Positions 1 to 7,923 of a stretch of DNA of 64,000 bases are shown in pieces. The number at the start of each line of letters is the position of its first letter. The first letter of the stretch is position 1. Position numbers and translations under genes: made by a program. The DNA is taken from positions 544,001 through 608,000 of the forward strand of contig CAVTMK010000002.1 of the NCBI GenBank assembly GCA_963735805.1. The letters are read 5' to 3'. The stretch is from an uncultured Verrucomicrobiae bacterium. GTDB lineage: Bacteria; Verrucomicrobiota; Verrucomicrobiia; Chthoniobacterales; UBA10450. The notes under the pieces were generated by a model. The model was not told the DNA's origin, ran no database searches, and saw only the letters and a program-made list of their open reading frames with translations.

Positions 1-1
1 T

Positions 2-553
2 CTTTCCGGTGGCTGGCGACAACGTTTGGCAATGGCCTGCTCGCTCATGCATAAACCGACGGTTCTTTTTCTCGATGAGCCGACGGCCGGCATCGACCCG
101 GTCGCGCGTCGCGAACTGTGGGATTTGCTCTTCGAATTCGCGGGAAAAGGCATGACGCTGTTCGTGACGACCCATTACATGGATGAAGCGGAGCGGTGTG
201 ATCACGTGGGCTACATTTACATGTCGAAACTGATCGTGTGCGGCGAGCCGGACGAATTAAAGAAACTTCCAGAAGTAAATCCGCCCGGAACACGCCGGCT
301 CGACGTGACCTGCGATCATGTAACGACAGCATTGCAAGCCATGCGTCAACTGCGAGGTGTCCGCACCGCTACTGTCTTTGGTCAATCAATGCATTTGCTG
401 GTCGATGAGAACGTCAAGCGCGCCCAGATCGACGAACAATTGCGCAAAGTTGGCGTAACCCATGCCGAGATTCATGAAATCGGTCCTTCGCTGGAGGACG
501 TGTTTGTCGAGCTTTCAGCCAAGCACGCTGCGGGGCAACAAAAGGCGGCGTGA
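2..553 (+). CDS. ABC transporter ATP-binding protein (5'-partial)
   Basis: Frame is open from the window edge: LSGGWRQR signature (nt 2-25), Walker B VLFLDEPT, H-loop TTHYM; stop overlaps the permease start. Confidence 0.93.
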   Translation, partial: LSGGWRQRLAMACSLMHKPTVLFLDEPTAGIDPVARRELWDLLFEFAGKGMTLFVTTHYMDEAERCDHVGYIYMSKLIVCGEPDELKKLPEVNPPGTRRLDVTCDHVTTALQAMRQLRGVRTATVFGQSMHLLVDENVKRAQIDEQLRKVGVTHAEIHEIGPSLEDVFVELSAKHAAGQQKAA

Positions 554-1677
554 TGAAACACAAATTTTTTCGCGGACTCGGCGCAATTCTCTTCAAGGAA
601 TTCATCATCGTTTGGCGCGATCCGATGACCCTTTTCTTCATGTTTTTTCCGCCGCTGATCGAGATGGTTGCGTTCGGTTACGCTCTCGACAACGACGTGA
701 AACACATGGCGATGCTGATTCTGAACGAAGATCGGACTGTCGAGAGCCGTCTTTTAATCGATCGCTTCGTGAACACAGAGACGTTTCGCGTGGTAGGCGA
801 AGTGCAAAACCTGGATCAATTAAAGAGCGAAATGCGCAAAGGCCGCGCTTATGCTGCACTGGACATACCGCCGAACTTTACCCGCGATCTGAACGCGGGG
901 CACTCAGCCCAGGTGCAATTACTTGTCGATGGCTCCAATTCCACGACGGCACTGCAAGCTCTCAACACCGGACTGGGCGTGGCGTTGACTCAATCAGTGG
1001 AATCGCTTCTGCGCGAAACGGGCCGGCAAGGCGTGCCGATCGATATTCGACCTCAGATGCTTTACAACCCCGCAATGCGCGCCCCGAACTTTTATGTGCC
1101 GGGCGTGATCGGCATTGTACTTCAAATCGGGACGACAATCGCTAGCGCCATGGCCCTGGTACGCGAGCGCGAACGCGGAACGCTGGAGCAGCTGCTGGTT
1201 AGTCCTCTGAGCCCCGCGGGTCTCATGCTGGGTAAGCTGGTTCCATATCTGTGCATCGGAATGGCGATGGCTGTGGTTCTTTTTCTGATTATGCGGTTTG
1301 TGTTTTTCGTCCCCATCGAAGGGAATATCGTAGCGATGCTGTTTTCGACGCTGGTGTATGTCTTTGCGTTGCTTAGCCTTGGTTTGCTCATCGGGACCTT
1401 TGCTGAAAATCAAATGCAGGCGTTGCAAATGTCGATGGTGTTCCTGTTGCCGAGTGTTTTCTTTTCGGGCTTCATTTTTCCGCGCGAAACGATGCCCTGG
1501 ATTTTTTACGCGCTCGGCACGCTTTTTCCCACGACTTATTTCATCGCGCTCATGCGCGCCATCATCTTGCGGGGAGCAAATCTGTTCGAATACTGGCAGA
1601 ACCTTGTGATTCTCATTTTGATGTCGAACTTGCTTTTTTCTCTCTGCGCCTTGCGATTTCGAAGAAAAATTGCGTGA
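550..1677 (+). CDS. ABC-2 type transporter permease (YbhR/YbhS-like)
   Basis: N-terminal TM, periplasmic loop, RERERGTLEQLLVSP motif, multiple C-terminal TMs. Confidence 0.92.
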   Translation: MMKHKFFRGLGAILFKEFIIVWRDPMTLFFMFFPPLIEMVAFGYALDNDVKHMAMLILNEDRTVESRLLIDRFVNTETFRVVGEVQNLDQLKSEMRKGRAYAALDIPPNFTRDLNAGHSAQVQLLVDGSNSTTALQALNTGLGVALTQSVESLLRETGRQGVPIDIRPQMLYNPAMRAPNFYVPGVIGIVLQIGTTIASAMALVRERERGTLEQLLVSPLSPAGLMLGKLVPYLCIGMAMAVVLFLIMRFVFFVPIEGNIVAMLFSTLVYVFALLSLGLLIGTFAENQMQALQMSMVFLLPSVFFSGFIFPRETMPWIFYALGTLFPTTYFIALMRAIILRGANLFEYWQNLVILILMSNLLFSLCALRFRRKIA

Positions 1678-2672
1678 GCGTCAAACGCGTCCTTTTCAGC
1701 GCACTTCGGGTTGCTCTCGCAGTCGCCGCGATAATTGCGTTACTCTGGTGGTTTGGAATTAAGATGCCCGGCAAAAATATTTTAAAGGCAGCGCCGCTCT
1801 CGTCTGAAGAAGTTACATTGCGCGAAGAACTCCGTGCCGATGTCCAAAAGCTCGCGGGAGACATTGGCGAGCGAAACATGTGGCATTATCCGCAACTGAA
1901 TGCGGCAGCCGATTTCATCGAGGATTCTTTTTCGCGTGCCGGACTTCGTCCACGGCGGGATACTTACGAAATACGCGGTCAAGCCTGCCACAATATCGAG
2001 GCAGAAATTTCTGGCTCGACTCCGGAGATCATTCTGGTCGGCGCACATTACGATTCGGTGTTTGGTTCGCCCGGTGCGAATGATAACGGCAGCGGTGTCG
2101 CTGCAATGCTGGCCCTGGCGCGAAGGTTCGCGGGAAAGACTGGAAAGCACACGCTGCGATTCGTCGCGTTTGTAAACGAAGAGCCGCCTTATTTTTTGTC
2201 CGATGAAATGGGAAGTTTTATTTACGCCGCCAGATGCAAAGCGCGCGGAGACAAAATCCCGGTCATGATCAGTCTCGAGACGATCGGATATTTTTCCGAT
2301 GCGCCGAATTCGCAAAAGTATCCCTCGCCAGGGCTGGGAATGTTTTATCCGAAAGTCGGCAACTTTATCGGGTTCGTCGGCAACGTTCGCTCACGAAGTC
2401 TGCTGCGCCGGGTGATCGCGGCTTTTCGCGAACACGCAAAGATTCCATCTGAAGGGGCAGCGCTTCCGTCCTTCATCCCCGGCGTGAGTTGGTCGGACCA
2501 ACGGTCATTTTGGCGGCACGGTTACCCCGGCGTCATGGTCACCGACACAGCGCCGTTTCGTTATCCGTACTATCATTCCGCTAACGATACGCCAGATAAA
2601 CTCGATTACGACCGGTTTGCGCTCGTGGTCAGTGGTATGGAGAAAGTGATCGAGCATCTGGATAAACTGTAG
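1674..2672 (+). CDS. M28 family metallopeptidase
   Basis: GAHYD, GANDNGSG, NEEPP, SLET and YYHSANDT motifs; N-terminal membrane anchor. Confidence 0.9.
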   Translation: MSVKRVLFSALRVALAVAAIIALLWWFGIKMPGKNILKAAPLSSEEVTLREELRADVQKLAGDIGERNMWHYPQLNAAADFIEDSFSRAGLRPRRDTYEIRGQACHNIEAEISGSTPEIILVGAHYDSVFGSPGANDNGSGVAAMLALARRFAGKTGKHTLRFVAFVNEEPPYFLSDEMGSFIYAARCKARGDKIPVMISLETIGYFSDAPNSQKYPSPGLGMFYPKVGNFIGFVGNVRSRSLLRRVIAAFREHAKIPSEGAALPSFIPGVSWSDQRSFWRHGYPGVMVTDTAPFRYPYYHSANDTPDKLDYDRFALVVSGMEKVIEHLDKL

Positions 2673-2762
2673 TTGGCCCCCTTGGTCTTGCCGGAGCCGC
2701 CTGCTATAAGCTGGATAGGCCGAATAATTGGGTCTAAATCTTGGTAGGTCTAATCATTAGCC

Positions 2763-3179
2763 GTGTCTATCGAATCATTGCTTCTCATTGCGAGCGTTGT
2801 CCTCGGTTTGGTGCATTTGATTGCCAGTTCACACCTGATCAGCTGGCAGCGTGGTTATCGTTGGACGGCCGGTAGCCGCGAGGAGGACGTTCCGCCTCTT
2901 CGCGGTGTTGGGAGCCGCGTAGACCAAGCGACCACGAATTTCCTCGAGACGTTCCCATTCTTTGCCGCACTCGTATTACTCGCACACGTCACAAGCCATC
3001 ACAGCCTTCTGACAGTGCTCGGCGCCCACTTGTATTTTTGGGGCCGCGTTGGCTATCTTCTTGCTGCCACCGCCGGTTATACTTTGATTCGTTCCGTGGT
3101 GTGTTGGAACGCTGCTATCGTCGGCATTATTCTTTTCGTGATCGCGATCCTATGGCAGGCTCCGACCGGTTACACTTAA
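2763..3179 (+). CDS. MAPEG family membrane protein (probable gene cassette 1)
   Basis: NFLETFPFF and YFWGRVGY resemble MAPEG motifs; stop codon lies within attC-like site 1. Confidence 0.8.
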   Translation: MSIESLLLIASVVLGLVHLIASSHLISWQRGYRWTAGSREEDVPPLRGVGSRVDQATTNFLETFPFFAALVLLAHVTSHHSLLTVLGAHLYFWGRVGYLLAATAGYTLIRSVVCWNAAIVGIILFVIAILWQAPTGYT

Positions 3180-3296
3180 TCAGGCGATGCAACCAATCGC
3201 TGTTCGGCTTACGGCTTCACTTCAGATGACTAACAGACATTCATTTCAGATAAAGCACGGTTCAGCCAGCGGTGGCTGATTTTGTTCTCGTTAGAT
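3174..3296 (+). mobile_element. attC-like recombination site 1 (123 bp)
   Basis: Degenerate R'' ACTTAAT overlaps the upstream stop; R' GTTAGAT matches GTTRRRY; inner arms ATGCAACCAATCGCTG / CAGCGGTGGCTGAT pair with unpaired bases. Confidence 0.72.
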
Positions 3297-3714
3297 GACC
3301 GCCAGCTCCGTAATCGAATACTATCGCCAATTTGCTTTCGTCAGTTCCGTTCTGGCGGGGTTTGCCTTTAGTTTTTATGGAGTCTTGCTGTCGGCGTCGG
3401 CGCAACATCGAGCCACAAATCTGGCAGCCGTCCTGGCGGTCATGGCTTCCATTGCATTTTTGCTCGTTACCTTAGGAATGACTTTCGCTTCAACGATCGC
3501 TGCGAGTCTGCCCAACAGCGCCGGGATCCCCTCATCCATTCATGCACAACAGACGCCGCTCTCCTTTTGTTTTCTTGCTGGCATTGCACTTTTGTTCGGG
3601 GCTTTCGGTCTTGGGGGATGGATTCGATCACGTCCCCTGGGCATCGCCACGACTGCCATTGCGGCGGTGGGTTTGACCGGCGCCATCGCTGTCCTCGTAC
3701 CTTACTTTCATTAA
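3295..3714 (+). CDS. hypothetical 4-TM membrane protein (probable gene cassette 2)
   Basis: Four hydrophobic segments; ATG embedded in GTTAGATG; lies between two attC-like sites. Confidence 0.7.
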   Translation: MTASSVIEYYRQFAFVSSVLAGFAFSFYGVLLSASAQHRATNLAAVLAVMASIAFLLVTLGMTFASTIAASLPNSAGIPSSIHAQQTPLSFCFLAGIALLFGAFGLGGWIRSRPLGIATTAIAAVGLTGAIAVLVPYFH

Positions 3715-3732
3715 ACCGACGGCACGCCAGGC

Positions 3733-3827
3733 AAGTAACCAGACGATGAAGCCATGGCCCTTAATCGAATGAACCCGAGCAATCTTGCCAAGGCACTCTT
3801 TCGTGGTTGAACTCCTTTCCGTTAGAT
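3733..3827 (+). mobile_element. attC-like recombination site 2 (95 bp, degenerate)
   Basis: TAACCAGACGATG start parallels TAATCAGGCGATG of site 1; ends in CGTTAGATG exactly as site 1 does. Confidence 0.65.
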
Positions 3828-3891
3828 GGACTCAGCTGTAGACGCTTCGAGCAGTGCTATGAGCGTCCAGATCGACCTCAGGGCGAAACGA

Positions 3892-4491
3892 ATGGCAGAC
3901 ACTGATTCTAAGATAACGATCCACATGGTGGCGAGTCTCGACGGATTCATCGCTCGAAAGGATGGGAGCGTCGACTGGCTCGAGACCTCGGACGAATTCG
4001 CAGGCGGCGAGACCATGGACCCCGAATTCGTCGATGCGTTCCTCAAGACAATCGACTGCTACGTCATGGGCTCGCGAACATATGAGACCGCGCTGAGTTT
4101 TGAGGGCAAAGGGTTTGGGTGGTCGTACGGCGACAAACCCGTCTTCGTCCTCACTCGTCGCGAGCTGCCGCGGACCCGGGATACCGTTGAATTCTGCTCA
4201 GGCGATCTCACGCAGTTCGTGAATGGGCGTCTGCGGCCGACGTTCCGCAGCATCTGGTTCGTCGGAGGCGGTGTACTCTCGGCCGAATGCCTTCGCCTCG
4301 GGCTGGCCGATGAAGTTCGTTATTCGATCCTGCCTATTTTGATTGGCGATGGAATCCCATTCTTCGACAAGCTCGATCGAGACGTCGCCCTGCATCTGAC
4401 CGAGGTCAAACCGTACAAAAGCGGGATGATCGCGCTTCGGTACGAAGTGCGAGAACAGACGTCAACTGAGGCGGTCCCCGGATCGAGGTAA
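3892..4491 (+). CDS. dihydrofolate reductase family / RibD C-terminal domain protein (probable cassette 3)
   Basis: ASLDGFIA, VMGSRTY, WFVGGG and PILIGDGIPFF motifs; start moved from 3826 to ATG 3892 to fit the domain start. Confidence 0.87.
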   Translation: MADTDSKITIHMVASLDGFIARKDGSVDWLETSDEFAGGETMDPEFVDAFLKTIDCYVMGSRTYETALSFEGKGFGWSYGDKPVFVLTRRELPRTRDTVEFCSGDLTQFVNGRLRPTFRSIWFVGGGVLSAECLRLGLADEVRYSILPILIGDGIPFFDKLDRDVALHLTEVKPYKSGMIALRYEVREQTSTEAVPGSR

Positions 4492-4537
4492 ATGCAGACA
4501 ACCCTGCCACGACACGCTGCCGTGGTCTCTCTCTTTT

Positions 4538-5575
4538 TCATTGGAGAGCAGTCAAAACGCGTGCGAGCGCGTAACCAATCAATCCACTCGCCGGCAAAGC
4601 GAAAACCCATGCCCATATGATTCGCTCGACAAGCGTCCATCGCACGCCGCTGAGACGTTTTACTGCGCCTACGCCCATGATTGACGCGGTTATTACGTGC
4701 GTCGTTGAGAGAGGAATCCCGTAATAGCTGGCAGCTTGGATAATCACTGCAGCAGTTGTCTCGGCGGCGAAGCCATTCACGGGTTGCAGTTTTACCATCT
4801 GATGTCCGAGGGTGCGAATGATGCGCCAGCCACCGGCGGCTGTGCCGATGGCCATGGTTAGCGCGCACAGAGTAACGACCCAGACGGGCAGGACGAAGGT
4901 CGGAGTTCGCAGAAAAGTTAGCGGGCCTGGCAAATGATCGAAGCTCCCCGCTTTCGTCCCGGTAAAAAGGGCAAGCGCGATAATGCCCATCGTTTTTTGC
5001 GCGTCGTTCGAGCCATGGCTGTGCGCCATCCACGCTGCGCTAAAGATTTGCAGCTTGCCGAACAGCTTGTTCACAAAGTGCGGCGTGAAACGGTGAAGCG
5101 TTAGGAAAAGCAGGAACATTAGTACCCCGCCACAAACGAATCCGGCGACCGGCGACGTGATCATGGGCAGCACCACTTTCGGCCAAATGCCGACGTTCCA
5201 CTTTATGACCGACCAATCGCCGTGCGCCGTCGCGAGCGCGGCTCCGCAAAGTCCGCCAATGAGCGCATGACTCGAGCTGGAAGGCAGACCGAACCACCAC
5301 GTGGTGATATTCCACGCGAACGCAGCAACGACTGCGGCAAGCACCGTAGGCATCGTCACCACATTCGTGTCCACAAGGCCTTTGCCGATTGTCGCCGCCA
5401 CAGCACCGCCAAGGAGCGCGCCGGTGAGATTAAAGAATGCAGCCATGGCGATCGCCTGGCGCGGCGTCAAAACTTTGGTGGAGACTACCGTCGCAATGGC
5501 ATTGGCGGCGTCGTGAAAGCCGTTGCTGTATTCGAAAATGATCGCTGCGACTACGACGGTGAGAAACGTAAGCAT
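4538..5575 (-). CDS. pit: inorganic phosphate transporter, PiT family
   Basis: NGFHDAANAIAT, GLPSSSSHALIG, HGSNDAQK and PLSTTH signatures. Confidence 0.95.
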   Translation of the reverse strand: MLTFLTVVVAAIIFEYSNGFHDAANAIATVVSTKVLTPRQAIAMAAFFNLTGALLGGAVAATIGKGLVDTNVVTMPTVLAAVVAAFAWNITTWWFGLPSSSSHALIGGLCGAALATAHGDWSVIKWNVGIWPKVVLPMITSPVAGFVCGGVLMFLLFLTLHRFTPHFVNKLFGKLQIFSAAWMAHSHGSNDAQKTMGIIALALFTGTKAGSFDHLPGPLTFLRTPTFVLPVWVVTLCALTMAIGTAAGGWRIIRTLGHQMVKLQPVNGFAAETTAAVIIQAASYYGIPLSTTHVITASIMGVGAVKRLSGVRWTLVERIIWAWVFALPASGLIGYALARVLTALQ

Positions 5576-5594
5576 CGCCGTCGCGAGCAGCAGG

Positions 5595-6233
5595 CTACGA
5601 ATACTTCAGTGCGACCCCGAGGATGATGTTCCCCGCGTCCCGGCAACGATCAATCACCTTTTCTATTAACCCGAACAGATCGCGCAGGAAAATCACCTGC
5701 TTCGTCTTGTAATCGCCCTGGTAAAGATCGCGCAACAGGTCGAGCTCGAGTTTGTCGGCCTCGCCCTCGATCGACTGCAGTTTTGCGTTCATCTCGCGCG
5801 CAGTCGCCGCGTCCGTGCCTTTCCGCAATTGTTTTACCATGGCCATGACTGTTTCCGCCGCTTGATCGAGCAGCTCGACCTGCTTGCGGAAATCGCGGCC
5901 ATGCAAGTCCTCTGGACAAATTAAAACGCGCTCACCAATTTTCTCCACTGTCTTTGGTATTTTATAAAGTGCGCCGGCCAGCGCCTGAATATCTTCGCGC
6001 TCGAAAGGCGTGATGAAGGTCTTGCAAAGCTGTTCGGTGAGCTCCTGAGTAATTTCTTTGTCCTTGCGGCGGCTGAGAATGAATTGCTCCAGGCTTTGTG
6101 GCGACTCGTGTTGCTCGAGCCGTTCCAGCAACGCGATCAAATGATGCACGCTCGCATCTGCCTCTTCGGCGCTCTTCTCCAGTAAATCGTAGAATTTTTC
6201 ATCGCGCCCAAAGATTTTTTGGATCGACAACAT
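5595..6233 (-). CDS. DUF47 / PhoU-like phosphate transport regulator
   Basis: FITPFEREDI and IEGEAD motifs; directly upstream of pit. Confidence 0.9.
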   Translation of the reverse strand: MLSIQKIFGRDEKFYDLLEKSAEEADASVHHLIALLERLEQHESPQSLEQFILSRRKDKEITQELTEQLCKTFITPFEREDIQALAGALYKIPKTVEKIGERVLICPEDLHGRDFRKQVELLDQAAETVMAMVKQLRKGTDAATAREMNAKLQSIEGEADKLELDLLRDLYQGDYKTKQVIFLRDLFGLIEKVIDRCRDAGNIILGVALKYS

Positions 6234-6246
6234 GACTTTCTTCAGT

Positions 6247-6322
6247 TGTAGCCGAGGGCGTTGACCTCGGCAATCCTCAAGGGTGGGACACGTGGAGGCC
6301 GCAGTCGGCGTCCGCGGCTACA
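6247..6322. repeat. GTAG-type REP/REPIN-like palindromic element
   Basis: TGTAGCCG...CGGCTACA terminal inverted repeats with internal hairpin GCCGAGG..CCTCGGC; 76 bp, intergenic. Confidence 0.7.
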
Positions 6323-6367
6323 GGAACCCATTTGTTTGTGCGCGCCACCAACGATCAGCGCTTGCGG

Positions 6368-7750
6368 CTAGAGGAGCGTGCCGCGCAGAATGATGAGCGC
6401 CACGTTGAAATAAATTACCAACCCCGTCACATCGACTAATGTCGCGACGAACGGCGCGGATGACGCTGCTGGGTCGAGGCCGCATCTGCGCAGTAAAAAT
6501 GGAAGCATGGCACCGCTTAGGGTTCCCCATAGCACTACTCCGACCAACGCGGCACCCACGGTAAGAGCGACCAGCCAATGATACTGACCGTAGTCGAATA
6601 TATGCAAATACTGCCACAGCGTGATGCGGAAGAAGCCGATAGTCCCCAGGATTAGGCCGAGAGCTACTCCCGAGAGTAATTCTTTTCGGACCACGCGAAA
6701 CCAATCCCGCAAACGCAATTCCCCGAGAGCCATCGCACGGATTACGAGCGTGGTGGCTTGCGATCCGGAGTTGCCGCCGCTCGAAATGATCAAGGGCAAA
6801 AACATCGCCAGGATCGCCGCTCTTTCGATTTCGCTGTTGTAGCCCTGCATCGCGGTGGCGGTCAGCATTTCACCCAGAAACAGAATAATCAGCCAACTGG
6901 CCCGTTTCTTCACCATCCGCAAAAACGGGATGGTGGTGTACGGTTCGTCGAGTGCTTCCATGCCGCCGAGTTTTTGGATGTCCTCGGTGGCTTCCTGTTC
7001 CGCGACGTCCAGCATGTCGTCGCTCGTCACAATGCCGACGAGAACGCCGCTTGAATCAAGGACCGGCAGCGCGGCGCGATCGTATTTGCGGAACACGTTC
7101 AGCGCGTCCTGCCGCGAATCGTTCACATTTAGCGCCGCGAAGGTTTGGTCTCGAATCTCGCTCACTTTTGTGGTTAGCGGTCGCAGCAGAAACTCACGCA
7201 TGCGCACGTCGTCGATCAGTTTCCCGCGCTCATCGACGACGTAAACAAAGTTCAGCGTCTCGGTGTCGCGGCCGTACTCGCGCACGTAGTCGAGCACGTG
7301 TTGCACCGTCCAATCCTCCTTGACCGCGATAAAATCCGGCGTCATCAAACGGCCAACGCTGTTCTCCGGATAACCGAGCAGTGCCGTCGCTACATGGCGT
7401 TCTTCGGGTGTGAGCAAGCGAATCAACTGGCGCGCCGCTGCGCTCGGCAATTCTTCCAACAGCGCCGTGCGATCGTCCGGCGACATTTCGTTCAGAATGG
7501 CGACGACCTGTTCGTGTGCCATCGCGCGTAACAATTTCTGCTGTTCCTCGACTCCGATGTATTCGAAAACGTCCGCGGCGAGTGCCGCTGGAAGGACGCG
7601 AAAGATGATCACTTGTTCGTCTTCCGGCAAGTCGAGGATCACTTCGGCCACATCTGCCGGCGGCCATTCGCGGAACAGCTCACGCAGCGCGCCGAAGTTT
7701 CGGGCGTCGATCATGCTCTTGATTTCTGGCGCGAGAAGATTGCCGACCAC
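6368..7750 (-). CDS. mgtE: magnesium transporter MgtE
   Basis: N-domain, CBS pair, GGNSGSQ and DPAASSAPFVATLVD membrane motifs. Confidence 0.96.
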   Translation of the reverse strand: MVGNLLAPEIKSMIDARNFGALRELFREWPPADVAEVILDLPEDEQVIIFRVLPAALAADVFEYIGVEEQQKLLRAMAHEQVVAILNEMSPDDRTALLEELPSAAARQLIRLLTPEERHVATALLGYPENSVGRLMTPDFIAVKEDWTVQHVLDYVREYGRDTETLNFVYVVDERGKLIDDVRMREFLLRPLTTKVSEIRDQTFAALNVNDSRQDALNVFRKYDRAALPVLDSSGVLVGIVTSDDMLDVAEQEATEDIQKLGGMEALDEPYTTIPFLRMVKKRASWLIILFLGEMLTATAMQGYNSEIERAAILAMFLPLIISSGGNSGSQATTLVIRAMALGELRLRDWFRVVRKELLSGVALGLILGTIGFFRITLWQYLHIFDYGQYHWLVALTVGAALVGVVLWGTLSGAMLPFLLRRCGLDPAASSAPFVATLVDVTGLVIYFNVALIILRGTLL

Positions 7751-7802
7751 GTCGCGTTTTTAACACTCGCGCTCGGCCAAAGCAACGGTATGCGCGATGA
7801 CA

Positions 7803-7883
7803 GTTAAAAAGTTACAAAAGTCACAAACTCGAAAAAACTTGATGGCAAAACATCGTAACCTTTTACTTTTGTAACTCTTTTAC
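7803..7883. repeat. AT-rich inverted repeat built of GTTAC-like short units
   Basis: AGTTACAAAAGT (7810-7821) is the reverse complement of ACTTTTGTAACT (7865-7876); in the divergent mgtE/fadJ spacer. Confidence 0.6.
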
Positions 7884-7923
7884 CTTTTCTTCTCCGCTTG
7901 GAATTTGTCGGAAACGCTCCAAA

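Noticed and set aside
3892..4491. Trimethoprim-resistance dfr cassette
   Set aside because: Length and motifs fit the RibD C-terminal/DHFR-like family rather than DfrA or DfrB; resistance is unsupported
7751..7923. Mg-sensing (M-box) riboswitch upstream of mgtE
   Set aside because: Short spacer shared with a divergent gene and filled by an AT-rich inverted repeat; no recognisable riboswitch core. An Rfam scan would settle it
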